NCBI GenBank assembly: GCA_944392105.1
Contig: CALXVM010000003.1
Span: 40,735-104,734, forward strand
Length of the DNA stretch: 64,000 nt
Reading direction: 5' to 3'
DNA from: an uncultured Clostridia bacterium
Lineage (GTDB): Bacteria > Bacillota > Clostridia > TANB77 > CAG-508
A program made the translations under genes and the position numbers. The notes beneath the pieces are model-generated. The model worked only from the letters and a program-made list of their open reading frames with translations. It was not told where the DNA came from and ran no database searches. Positions 18,032 through 26,752 of this stretch are shown here, piece by piece (the stretch's first letter is position 1; the number at the start of each line of letters is the position of its first letter).

Positions 18032-18060
18032 ATTATAAAACATTAGTTCGTATATGTCAA
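18032..18060 (-). promoter_or_regulatory. consensus promoter TTGACA-17-TATAAT of dinB with an embedded LexA-type box
   Basis: On the minus strand, the -35 is at 18060..18055 and the -10 at 18037..18032. The spacer contains CGAACTAATGTTT (18050..18038), which matches the GAAC-N4-GTT(T/C) SOS operator of Gram-positives. Confidence 0.55.
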
Positions 18061-18163
18061 GAAAAAATAAAAAATACTAGCTAAAGTATTGCACTTTTTT
18101 TATTTTTATGGTATAGTATTATATAGTCGATTTTAGTAATACCGTATAGGAGGTGCAGTTCAA

Positions 18164-18361
18164 ATGGCAAAATGTTCAATTTGTGAAAAAGAATTATCAC
18201 ATGGAAATAAAATTAGCATAGCTCGTTCTCATGTTAGTAGAAGAGCAAATAGAACTTTTAAACCAAATTTAAGAAAAGTTAAAGCAGTAGTAGACGGACA
18301 AACAAAGACAATTTCAGTATGTGCAAAATGCTTACGTTCTGGAAAAGTTACTAGAGCCTAG
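18164..18361 (+). CDS. rpmB: 50S ribosomal protein L28
   Basis: MAKCSICEKELSHGNKISIARSHVSRRANRTFKPNLRKVK..., a typical L28 of 65 aa with an AGGAGG RBS. Confidence 0.95.
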   Translation: MAKCSICEKELSHGNKISIARSHVSRRANRTFKPNLRKVKAVVDGQTKTISVCAKCLRSGKVTRA

Positions 18362-18402
18362 TAATACAATTGATTTTAATTTGTTTTTAACAAATATATT
18401 TT

Positions 18403-18437
18403 AATAAGAAGTAGAGTTAAACTACTTCTTATTTGTT
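18403..18437 (+). terminator. Rho-independent terminator after rpmB
   Basis: 12-bp stem AATAAGAAGTAG / CTACTTCTTATT followed by a T-rich tail. Confidence 0.7.
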
Positions 18438-18561
18438 TGCCTTTAATTAATCTTATACTAGCTATTTTTTATGAATTATTTTTATAAATTTAGTATTATA
18501 TCAAACATAATATAATGTTAAAATACTAAAAATTTTACTATTATTTTTCTTATGTATGAAT

Positions 18562-18642
18562 TTACTTCTTATCTTTTATTCCAAATATAAGTTTTACTAT
18601 TCCTCTTAAAAATTTAGGAACTTTTTTCACTACTATGGTCAT
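18562..18642 (-). CDS. 26-aa small ORF (MTIVVKKVPKFLRGIVKLIFGIKDKK)
   Basis: ATG 18642 preceded by AAAGGAGAG at good spacing, immediately after the stop of the upstream 49-aa ORF. The ORF-track entry 18562..18780 is an out-of-frame read-through of both. Confidence 0.4.
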   Translation of the reverse strand: MTIVVKKVPKFLRGIVKLIFGIKDKK

Positions 18643-18662
18643 ATAGTTCACTCTCCTTTTAT

Positions 18663-18812
18663 TTAACATGTTATCCACATAATTCCAACAGCAATAATAA
18701 CTATTCCTATTGTAAATAGCCAACCTGATACTGGAAGTAATAAAACTAATAAAATTCCTAAACCAAGCCCAATTAAGCATACAGCTATGGTCTTTTTTAG
18801 CGCATTTATCAT
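18663..18812 (-). CDS. 49-aa small membrane protein (MINALKKTIAVCLIGLGLGILLVLLLPVSGWLFTIGIVIIAVGIMWITC)
   Basis: Own translation. ATG 18812 preceded by GGAGGT 8 nt upstream. Two hydrophobic helices. Not on the ORF track because it is under 60 aa. Confidence 0.5.
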   Translation of the reverse strand: MINALKKTIAVCLIGLGLGILLVLLLPVSGWLFTIGIVIIAVGIMWITC

Positions 18813-19016
18813 AATCTATTACCTCCTTTGTTATTTATATTATATTATTTTATGTTGCATTTCGTGAATATTTGAATTACAATTAGTATGTAAATTAAAG
18901 TAATGTTAGATTTTATTAGTTGCTTTTAATTTTGTACAACTTTTTAATTTAAGTTTGCTTACACTCTGCTTAATAGTTTTATTATTAAAAATAAAGTTTG
19001 AAAGGATTAATTATTT

Positions 19017-19655
19017 ATGGACAAACAAAATGCAGAAAAAATTATAAAAAAATTAATAGATTTTTACCCTGACGCTAAATGTAGCTTAGATTTTGAAACT
19101 CCATTTCAAATTTTAGTATCTGTTGTTTTATCTGCCCAATGCACAGATGAAAGAGTAAATAAAACAACACCCGCTATTTTTGCAAAATATCCAGATGCAA
19201 TCGATTTTGTAAATATGCCTATTGAGACATTGCAAGAGTTAATTCATCCTTGTGGATTTTACAAAACTAAGTCAAAAAATTTAAAGCTTGCTGCAGAAAA
19301 AATTGTTAATGACTTTGATGGAGAAGTTCCCGAAACAATGGAAGAGCTTATGTCTATTCCTGGTGTTGGTAGAAAAAGTGCAAATGTAATTATGCTTGAA
19401 GCTTTTAATAAACCTCAAGGAATTGCTGTAGACACTCATGCTAAAAGAATTTCTAACAGAATTGGTCTTTCTTCTGAGAGTGAGCCTACAAAAATAGAGC
19501 AAGATTTATTAAAACTTATACCTAAAAAGTACTATAAAGATGTAAACCATGTTCTTGTATGGCATGGCAGAAATACTTGTACAGCAGCTAAACCAAAATG
19601 TGACACTTGTCCTGTAAAGCAGTATTGTAAGTATTTTAAAGAGATTTTAAAGTAA
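19017..19655 (+). CDS. nth: endonuclease III (Nth)
   Basis: HhH-GPD motif (LMSIPGVGRKSANVIM), catalytic K/D region, and C-terminal Fe-S cysteines CTAAKPKCDTCPVKQYC. Confidence 0.9.
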   Translation: MDKQNAEKIIKKLIDFYPDAKCSLDFETPFQILVSVVLSAQCTDERVNKTTPAIFAKYPDAIDFVNMPIETLQELIHPCGFYKTKSKNLKLAAEKIVNDFDGEVPETMEELMSIPGVGRKSANVIMLEAFNKPQGIAVDTHAKRISNRIGLSSESEPTKIEQDLLKLIPKKYYKDVNHVLVWHGRNTCTAAKPKCDTCPVKQYCKYFKEILK

Positions 19656-19783
19656 TTTTTATTTAGCTTAAAGTTTAATAAGATTTTAATGTTTAATATT
19701 TTATAAAAAACTACATTAATATGTTTGACAAAGGTATTTTTACGTTATATATTATTAATGTAATTTAAAGAAAGGAGATTTAT

Positions 19784-21136
19784 ATGGGGAAATTAAAAAA
19801 CAAAATTTTAGTATTTGCTTTTACATTTATAGTTCTATTTTCTACAGTATGTATGGCATCTACAGTTCCTGGAGATAATGCAAGAACTACAGAAGGTGAG
19901 GCAGTAACTACTAGCTTAAACGAAGAAAACGCTACATCTAATGAAGCAAGTAGTAACACAGATGGGGCTAACGAAAGTTCAAATGAAACAACTGGTGAAT
20001 CAACTAATGAAACTACTATTTATACGTCAGATTATTTTGCAGCTGGACAAAATTATACATTAGATAAACTAGTAGACGGAAACTCTTTTGCTATGGGAGA
20101 TAATGTTACAGTAACAGGACAGATTAATGGAGACCTTTTTGTTATGGGTAATACTGTTACAATTGACGAAAATGCTATAATTTATAATAACTTATTTGTT
20201 TTAGCAAAAGAATTAATTGTTAATGGTACAGTTTATAATCTTTACTCACTTTCTGCGGACCTTACCATAGGTGAATCTGCTATTATATACAGAGATATGG
20301 CTTCATATTCTAATAAAATTAGTTTAGCTGGTAGAGTTCAAAGAGATGTTTCGGTAATAACTAACGAATTAACATTTCCAGATACTTCTAGAACATTAGT
20401 ATATGGCAATTTTAATTATACATCTGCTAATGAAGCTACTATCCCAGATGGAATAATTAAAGGTGATGTTAATTATCAAAAAATAGATACAACTGTTGAC
20501 ACCAGTACATTAGTTTTAAATTATGTAATTAGATTTGTAGCTACAGCTATATTTGCTTTAGTTGTTGTATTATTCTTAATATTCTTTACTCCAAAAGCTG
20601 TAGACAGAGCAAAATATAATTTAATAGAAAGACCTTTTGCTACAACTGGAGTTGGTATTTTAGGAATTGTTTTAATACCATTTATAGCAATACTTCTTAT
20701 GACTTTATCTGTAACATTGCCTCTTGCTTTAACTCTTGCTGTTGTTTATGGAGTTTTAGTTGCTCTTGCTACTTCGTTCTTTGCAATTGCAATAGCAAAA
20801 TACTTAGTTAACAAGTTTAAACTAGAAAAGAAATGGCAATTAGCATTATTTACTGTTATTACAGCACTAGTAATGTATGCACTAACAATAATCCCTGCAG
20901 TAGGAGGATATGCAAAAATATTCTTTGTAGTAGTTGGATTTGGTGTAGTTTTATCTACTATATTTAGTAAAAAGTTTGAAAAAGTAAATAAACCTGATGC
21001 TACTAAAAATACTGAAAAAAATAATGTGGCTGAAAAAGTAGAAAAAACTAGTTCAGAAAAAAAGTCATCAAAAAAAGAAAATAAAAGCGAGAAAAAAGCT
21101 GAGAAAAAATCAAACAATAAAGAGAAAGACAAATAA
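19784..21136 (+). CDS. secreted/membrane protein with polymer-forming (bactofilin-like) beta-helical repeats, 5 TM segments and a lysine-rich tail
   Basis: Signal peptide, S/T/N/E-rich linker, repeats of the type GDNVTVTGQINGDLFVMGNTVTI..., a hydrophobic C-terminal half, then KKSSKKENKSEKKAEKK. Confidence 0.6.
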   Translation: MGKLKNKILVFAFTFIVLFSTVCMASTVPGDNARTTEGEAVTTSLNEENATSNEASSNTDGANESSNETTGESTNETTIYTSDYFAAGQNYTLDKLVDGNSFAMGDNVTVTGQINGDLFVMGNTVTIDENAIIYNNLFVLAKELIVNGTVYNLYSLSADLTIGESAIIYRDMASYSNKISLAGRVQRDVSVITNELTFPDTSRTLVYGNFNYTSANEATIPDGIIKGDVNYQKIDTTVDTSTLVLNYVIRFVATAIFALVVVLFLIFFTPKAVDRAKYNLIERPFATTGVGILGIVLIPFIAILLMTLSVTLPLALTLAVVYGVLVALATSFFAIAIAKYLVNKFKLEKKWQLALFTVITALVMYALTIIPAVGGYAKIFFVVVGFGVVLSTIFSKKFEKVNKPDATKNTEKNNVAEKVEKTSSEKKSSKKENKSEKKAEKKSNNKEKDK

Positions 21137-21160
21137 TTTTAAATAATACTTATAAAAATA

Positions 21161-21197
21161 AAAAAAAGATTGTTTATTTTTAACAATCTTTTTTTAA
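21161..21197. terminator. bidirectional terminator between convergent genes
   Basis: AAAAGATTGTT / AACAATCTTTT stem flanked by an A-run and a T-run. The right arm overlaps the rpe stop codon. Confidence 0.65.
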
Positions 21198-21845
21198 TCT
21201 GTTAACTGTCTCTGTATAATTATCTGATTGGACTATAGAAGTGCCAGCTACAAGTATGTTTGCTCCAGCCTTTTTCGCCTTTCCGGCTGTTTCTAAGTTT
21301 ATTCCTCCATCTGCCTCAATATCTATATCTATTTCGTTTTCTTTAACATATTTGTATAATGTACTTATCTTTTCTAGAGTTTCTGGAATTAGTGGTTGGC
21401 CACCCTCTCCTGGCTCTACAGTCATTACTAAACAATTATGAATATATGGCAAATATTTGTATATTTCCTCTATGTTTGTTTTCGGACTAATTGACATCCC
21501 AACTTTGCAATTATTATCTTTTATATATTTTATTAGTTCCATTACTTCATTTTCATTTTGGCATGCTTCTAAATGAAATGTTATATTATTTGGCTCAAAT
21601 ACTATAAATTTATTAACATATTTCTTTATATCTTTAACCATTAAATGTACATCAAGTGGTAACAAACTTATGCTATTTAAATATTCACAATATTCTACCA
21701 TTCTATCTACAGTATTATTTTTTACAAATTCTCCGTCCATTACGTCAATATGAAAATAATTTATTCCTGAAACTTCTAAATCATATAATTGCTTTATTGC
21801 ATTTTTTTCTTTTAGTCCTAATACAGATGCTGATATTTCTACCAT
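21180..21845 (-). CDS. rpe: ribulose-phosphate 3-epimerase
   Basis: ISASVLG...HIDVMDGEFV...DVHLMV...MTVEPGEGGQ...IEADGGIN motifs. Confidence 0.9.
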   Translation of the reverse strand: MVEISASVLGLKEKNAIKQLYDLEVSGINYFHIDVMDGEFVKNNTVDRMVEYCEYLNSISLLPLDVHLMVKDIKKYVNKFIVFEPNNITFHLEACQNENEVMELIKYIKDNNCKVGMSISPKTNIEEIYKYLPYIHNCLVMTVEPGEGGQPLIPETLEKISTLYKYVKENEIDIDIEADGGINLETAGKAKKAGANILVAGTSIVQSDNYTETVNRLKKDC

Positions 21846-21960
21846 ACTTATTCCTCCAATCTAAGCATTTTATCTGCTCTTTTTCATAAATAAGTTTTTT
21901 ATTCTTAAGCGTTTCACTTAATTTAATTCTCTATTTAGCTTTAAATATTTTGGTTAAAAT

Positions 21961-21984
21961 AAAGCAGATACATTTATCTGCTTT
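21961..21984 (-). terminator. hairpin downstream of prkC (probable terminator)
   Basis: AAAGCAGATA / TATCTGCTTT 10-bp stem. The U-tract on the minus strand is modest. Confidence 0.45.
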
Positions 21985-22028
21985 ATTCTTAGTTGCATTG
22001 TAGCTATTAACTACGTTTTTATAATTTT

Positions 22029-24020
22029 TTATTTAAATGTATAAGAAGTTTGTGTATCAAAGTCGAATGTTGTGCTATCTGTATATATGTTACTATCTGT
22101 GCTATTACTAATATTTAATGATAATTCAACTTGCCCATTTCCCTGGATTTTTATGTCTAAACTGTCTGTACTTGCGCTTGTTGTTCTCGTATATGTTGTT
22201 CCTTCTTTTCCGACTGTAAGTTGTACCTTAACATCTTTTGCTGCTTCTCCTCCTGTTGTATTGGTTGTTTCTGATCCTTGTAAACTAGCTGGCACTAAAT
22301 CTTTTACTTTTACATATATAATTGCTTCTTGAGGTTTTCTATATGTGTTTACTACTATTGTTACTGTTGTTCCCTCATCCACTTTTTCTCCTGCTGTAAC
22401 ATCTTGACTTAATACTATATCTGTTGCTTCGCTTGAGTCTTCTTTATATCCAACATTTACTTTTAGTCCTGCTTTAGTTAATATAGATGTTGCTTCTTCT
22501 TCTGTCTTTCCTACTACATTTTCTACTTCAACTTGTTCTATTCCAGTTCCGCTACTTACATATAGTTTAACAGTATCTCCTGCATTTACTTCTTCATCTT
22601 CACCTGGTTCTTGGTCTATAACAATTCCAGCTTCTACAGTTTGACTAGTTTGATCTACTCTTTCTACTTTTAAATTTGCTTTTTCTAGTATTTGTACTGC
22701 TTCTTCGTAAGTTTTGCCTTTTACATTTTCTACTACAGCTTTTTCTGTTCCTTTACTTATTACTATTTTTATAGTTGAATTTTCTTTTACTGTATAACCA
22801 TTTACATATGGTGGATCTTGTGAAATAATTTTTCCTGCTTCTACATCTGCATTAAATTCTTCTGTCTGCTCTAATGTTATGTCTGTACCTTCTATTTCTT
22901 TATTTGCTTCTTCTAGTGTTTTTCCTACTAGATTAGGTAAATCTACATCTTTTGGGACACCTGCATCCATAAGAGCTTTTGTTCCAAAGAAACCAATTAT
23001 AGGTATTAATATAATTCCTAATATAATTGCAATTGTAATTATTATTTTTTTCTTTTTGCTCATTTTATTTTTTGGTTCTTCTTGTTCTTCATCATCTTCA
23101 ATTTTATCATTTTTTATATACTCTTGCTCTCCAAGTGTTGGAATTCTTTGTGTATATTGATTTGTAAAATCTTTTTGCTCTACAAAGTCTCCTTCCGGAT
23201 TTTTAAGTGCCATGCTTAAATCTTTAAGCATTTCTGTTGCACTTTGATATCTCTCATTAGGGTCCTTTTCCATTGCTTTCATAATAATTTTGTTAACTGC
23301 GTATGGAATTGTTGGATTTAATTTTATTGGTTCTATAGGTTTTTCTTGCATATGTTTTAAAGCTATAGAAACTGGTGTATCTGCATCAAATGGAACTCTG
23401 CCTGTTAGCATCTCATACATTACTACTCCTAATGAATAAAGGTCAGATTTTGCATCTGTATATCCACCTCTTGCATGTTCTGGAGAAAAATAATGAACTG
23501 AACCTATAGTTGTTCCAAATGCTGTAATTGTTGAGTTTGATACAGCTTTTGCAATACCAAAGTCTGTAACTTTTGCTATTCCATCTTCTGTAATTATAAT
23601 ATTATGTGGTTTTATATCTCTGTGCACGATGTTGTTTTTATGCGCCATTTCTAAAGCAGAAGCTACTTGTATAGAAACATTAAGTGCCCATTTCCATGGA
23701 AGTGCTCCGTCTTCGTTTATAATTTCTTTTAAAGTTTTTCCTTGCACTAATTCCATTACTATATAGTAAATATTCTCCTCATGTCCTACATCATATATTG
23801 AAACTATATTAGGATGTGTTAAGCTTGCAGCTGCTTGAGCTTCTGTGTTAAATCTTTTTATAAATTCTTCATCTGTTGTAAACTCATCTCTTAAGACTTT
23901 AACAGCTACATATCTTTTTAATATATTACATTTTGCTTTATAAACAGTTGCCATCCCGCCTTCGCCGATTTTCTCTATAATTTCATATCGATTACCTATT
24001 ACTCTTCCAACTAAATTCAT
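22029..24020 (-). CDS. prkC: Ser/Thr protein kinase PrkC with PASTA repeats
   Basis: Hanks kinase motifs (GEGGMATVYKA, HRDIKPHNI, DFGIA, a SPE-type segment). One TM, three PASTA-like repeats (LPNLVGKT..., VENVKGKT..., VENVVGKT...) and an extra C-terminal beta-rich domain. Confidence 0.9.
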   Translation of the reverse strand: MNLVGRVIGNRYEIIEKIGEGGMATVYKAKCNILKRYVAVKVLRDEFTTDEEFIKRFNTEAQAAASLTHPNIVSIYDVGHEENIYYIVMELVQGKTLKEIINEDGALPWKWALNVSIQVASALEMAHKNNIVHRDIKPHNIIITEDGIAKVTDFGIAKAVSNSTITAFGTTIGSVHYFSPEHARGGYTDAKSDLYSLGVVMYEMLTGRVPFDADTPVSIALKHMQEKPIEPIKLNPTIPYAVNKIIMKAMEKDPNERYQSATEMLKDLSMALKNPEGDFVEQKDFTNQYTQRIPTLGEQEYIKNDKIEDDEEQEEPKNKMSKKKKIIITIAIILGIILIPIIGFFGTKALMDAGVPKDVDLPNLVGKTLEEANKEIEGTDITLEQTEEFNADVEAGKIISQDPPYVNGYTVKENSTIKIVISKGTEKAVVENVKGKTYEEAVQILEKANLKVERVDQTSQTVEAGIVIDQEPGEDEEVNAGDTVKLYVSSGTGIEQVEVENVVGKTEEEATSILTKAGLKVNVGYKEDSSEATDIVLSQDVTAGEKVDEGTTVTIVVNTYRKPQEAIIYVKVKDLVPASLQGSETTNTTGGEAAKDVKVQLTVGKEGTTYTRTTSASTDSLDIKIQGNGQVELSLNISNSTDSNIYTDSTTFDFDTQTSYTFK

Positions 24021-24033
24021 TTTTCTTCTCTCC

Positions 24034-24801
24034 TCACATTATTATTAAGACCGTAATATTGTCATATCCGCCGTTTTTGTTTGCTAACATGATTAAGTTA
24101 TTTGCTGCCTCTTTTGGATTTTCCTTTGTAATTTCATATATTTCTTCTTCTGAAACCATATTTGTTAATCCATCAGAACACATTAATATAATATCGTTTT
24201 TATTAAGTGCTCTCGCTCTTAAATCTGGATCTATAAAAGATGTACATCCTAAGGCTTTTGTAAGCATATTCTTTTTAGGGTGATGCATAGCTTCTTCCCT
24301 AGTTATTTTTTTGTCTTCTAATAGTTGCTGTACATAACTGTGATCTTTTGTAAGCTTACGCATAACTTTATTCCTTATTCTATAAACTCTGCTGTCACCA
24401 ATATGTCCAATATATATCTTATTATTATATATTACAGAAACGTCTAAAGTAGTACCCATTCCTTCTAATTCTGGATTTTTTTTAGACTCTTCATATACCA
24501 CCATATTTGCATATTGTATACTAGACCTAAGTAACTTTAAAATCTCATCTTTTTCTATGTTTTTATCTTCTTCTGTTTGCTTTCTTAAATTAATTGTTTC
24601 TACCATTTTCTCAAAGTTAGATTTTATATAATTACTTGATGCTTCTACAGCCATCCTACTTGCAATTTCTCCTCCGTTGTATCCGCCCATTCCATCTGCT
24701 AATATGTATATTCCTGGAATATCTTGTGGATTTGAAATATAATAAAAGTCTTGATTGTTATCTCTAGCTTTTCCTATGTCTGTTTTTGCAAATACCTGCA
24801 T
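24034..24801 (-). CDS. stp: PP2C-family Ser/Thr phosphatase (Stp/PrpC)
   Basis: Start at MQVFAKTDIGKARDNNQD behind AGGAGG. ADGMGG and CSDGL motifs. It is adjacent to prkC. Confidence 0.9.
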   Translation of the reverse strand: MQVFAKTDIGKARDNNQDFYYISNPQDIPGIYILADGMGGYNGGEIASRMAVEASSNYIKSNFEKMVETINLRKQTEEDKNIEKDEILKLLRSSIQYANMVVYEESKKNPELEGMGTTLDVSVIYNNKIYIGHIGDSRVYRIRNKVMRKLTKDHSYVQQLLEDKKITREEAMHHPKKNMLTKALGCTSFIDPDLRARALNKNDIILMCSDGLTNMVSEEEIYEITKENPKEAANNLIMLANKNGGYDNITVLIIM

Positions 24802-24809
24802 ATTTCCTC

Positions 24810-25835
24810 CTATTCTTTGAGATTTTTTCTTCTTAATTGTCCACATGCTGCATCTATATCAGACCCTAACTCTCTTCTTATGGTTGCAACAATACCATGC
24901 TCATTTAAATAATCTCTAAATTTAATAATATTTTCGTTAGAGCTTTTTGTAAATTTTCCATTTTCTATTTTATTTATTGGTATTAAATTAACATGACATA
25001 TCATGCCTTTTAATAAATTTACTAATTCTTTTGCATCTTCTAAATTATCGTTGTTGTCTTTAGCCAATGCATATTCAAACGAAATTCTCTTGTTTGTTAT
25101 TTTTATATAATCTCTGCATGCTTGCATTAGTTCTGCAATATTATATCTATTATTTACTGGCATCATACTACTTCTTTTTTCGTCTGTTGTTGCATGAAGC
25201 GATATTGATAATGTGCATTGAATATTTTCGTTTGCTAAATCGTATATTCTTGGAACTAATCCACTTGTTGAAACACTAATATGTCTTGCTCCTATATTTA
25301 TTCCTTTTGGATTATTTATAATTTTTATAGCTTTTATAACATTTTCATAATTGTCTAATGGTTCTCCTATCCCCATAAAAACGACATTAGATATTCTGCC
25401 TTGTATATCCTGCTCTACAGCTAATATTTGCTCTACTATTTCTCCTGATGTTAGGTTTCTTACAAATGGTATACCTGTAGACGCACAAAACTTGCATCCC
25501 ATTTTGCAACCAATTTGAGATGAAACACAAATTGTTTTCCAACTGTTATATTCCATAAGTACAGTTTCTATTGCATTTCCATCTAATACATCAAATAAAT
25601 ATTTTTTTGTTCCATCTGAAGATTCTTGCTTTTTTAATATTTTAAAATTGCACATTGTGTAATTTTCTTCTAGTTTTTTCCTAAGTTCTAATGACAAATT
25701 AGTCATCTCTTCAAATGATTTTACTTTATCTATGTATATCCACTTAAAAATTTGCTCTGCTCTATATGGCTTTTCTCCTATAGAAAGCATTTCTTGTTTT
25801 AAATCTTCTAAATTATAGTCCTTAATATTTTTCAT
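24810..25835 (-). CDS. rlmN: 23S rRNA/tRNA A2503/A37 C2-methyltransferase RlmN (radical SAM)
   Basis: GCKMGCKFCAS radical-SAM cluster motif and FMGIGEPLDN. It has the conserved position upstream of stp-prkC. Confidence 0.9.
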   Translation of the reverse strand: MKNIKDYNLEDLKQEMLSIGEKPYRAEQIFKWIYIDKVKSFEEMTNLSLELRKKLEENYTMCNFKILKKQESSDGTKKYLFDVLDGNAIETVLMEYNSWKTICVSSQIGCKMGCKFCASTGIPFVRNLTSGEIVEQILAVEQDIQGRISNVVFMGIGEPLDNYENVIKAIKIINNPKGINIGARHISVSTSGLVPRIYDLANENIQCTLSISLHATTDEKRSSMMPVNNRYNIAELMQACRDYIKITNKRISFEYALAKDNNDNLEDAKELVNLLKGMICHVNLIPINKIENGKFTKSSNENIIKFRDYLNEHGIVATIRRELGSDIDAACGQLRRKNLKE

Positions 25836-26004
25836 TTTGCCTTCCTTTTAGACAATTTATTGTTATAATATGTCAACATATTTATACCACAATGGCATAA
25901 AAAAAGCAAGAATAAATTAAAATCCCCTATATTAAAGCTGTACTTTGCTTATTAGAGGATTTGTAAAATTGAACACATTTTATATCTGCCCATGTATAAA
26001 ATAT

Positions 26005-26751
26005 TTAATATTTTTTGCTATTTTTCTTATTTTCTTTTTGCTCTTTTTCTGCCATTTTCTTGAATTTTTTTAATCTTTCATTATATGCTGCCATAACTTC
26101 TTCTTCAAATGCTAGTTTTGGATTTTCTACGCCCATTGTTTTAAGAAGTTCTTTAGTAAATAGTGGATTTAAAATAAGTATTGGTCCTAATATACATGTA
26201 CCTATTAAATTATTTTTTTGAACTCCCTCATATTTAGTGCTAATATTTATTCCCATGCCTAATTCTGTTTCTGAAAAATAGCATTCGTCATTATTTCCAT
26301 ATGTTGTTGTAAATTGAGCTTTAAATCCAACAATTTCAATATCTTTATGTTTTCCCAAATAATATCCGCTATATCTATGCATCATATCTCTATGTGCATA
26401 AAAATGGTATAAACCTACTGCTCTTATTTGGCTTTCATCTTCGTTTTCTATAAATTTTCCCAATATTTCCATTGCATTTCCTAGCAATAAAATTGGTTGA
26501 TTTTTAGAAACTAATTCATCTATTCTATCTGCATATGGTTTTAACTTTTTTATAACTATTTCTTGACTTTTTTCTGTCATTCCTGCCATAAATATTAAAT
26601 TAATATCATCTTGTTTTACAAATGCTGGCTCATCATTTAAAGATGTTTCTATTATCTCTACATCATTGTTTAAGCATTTTTTTAAATATTCTATGTTACT
26701 TAAGTCTCCATATAAATTTGCTACTTCTGGAAATAATACTTCAATTTTCAT
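26005..26751 (-). CDS. gatD: GatD-like (CobQ-type glutamine amidotransferase-like) partner of MurT; catalytic residues appear absent
   Basis: The start MKIEVLFPEVANLYGD abuts the murT stop. The overall GatD layout is present, but the nucleophile motif reads LLLGNAMEILGK (no Cys) and the His motif reads GTCILGP (no His). Confidence 0.7.
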   Translation of the reverse strand: MKIEVLFPEVANLYGDLSNIEYLKKCLNNDVEIIETSLNDEPAFVKQDDINLIFMAGMTEKSQEIVIKKLKPYADRIDELVSKNQPILLLGNAMEILGKFIENEDESQIRAVGLYHFYAHRDMMHRYSGYYLGKHKDIEIVGFKAQFTTTYGNNDECYFSETELGMGINISTKYEGVQKNNLIGTCILGPILILNPLFTKELLKTMGVENPKLAFEEEVMAAYNERLKKFKKMAEKEQKENKKNSKKY

Positions 26752-26752
26752 T

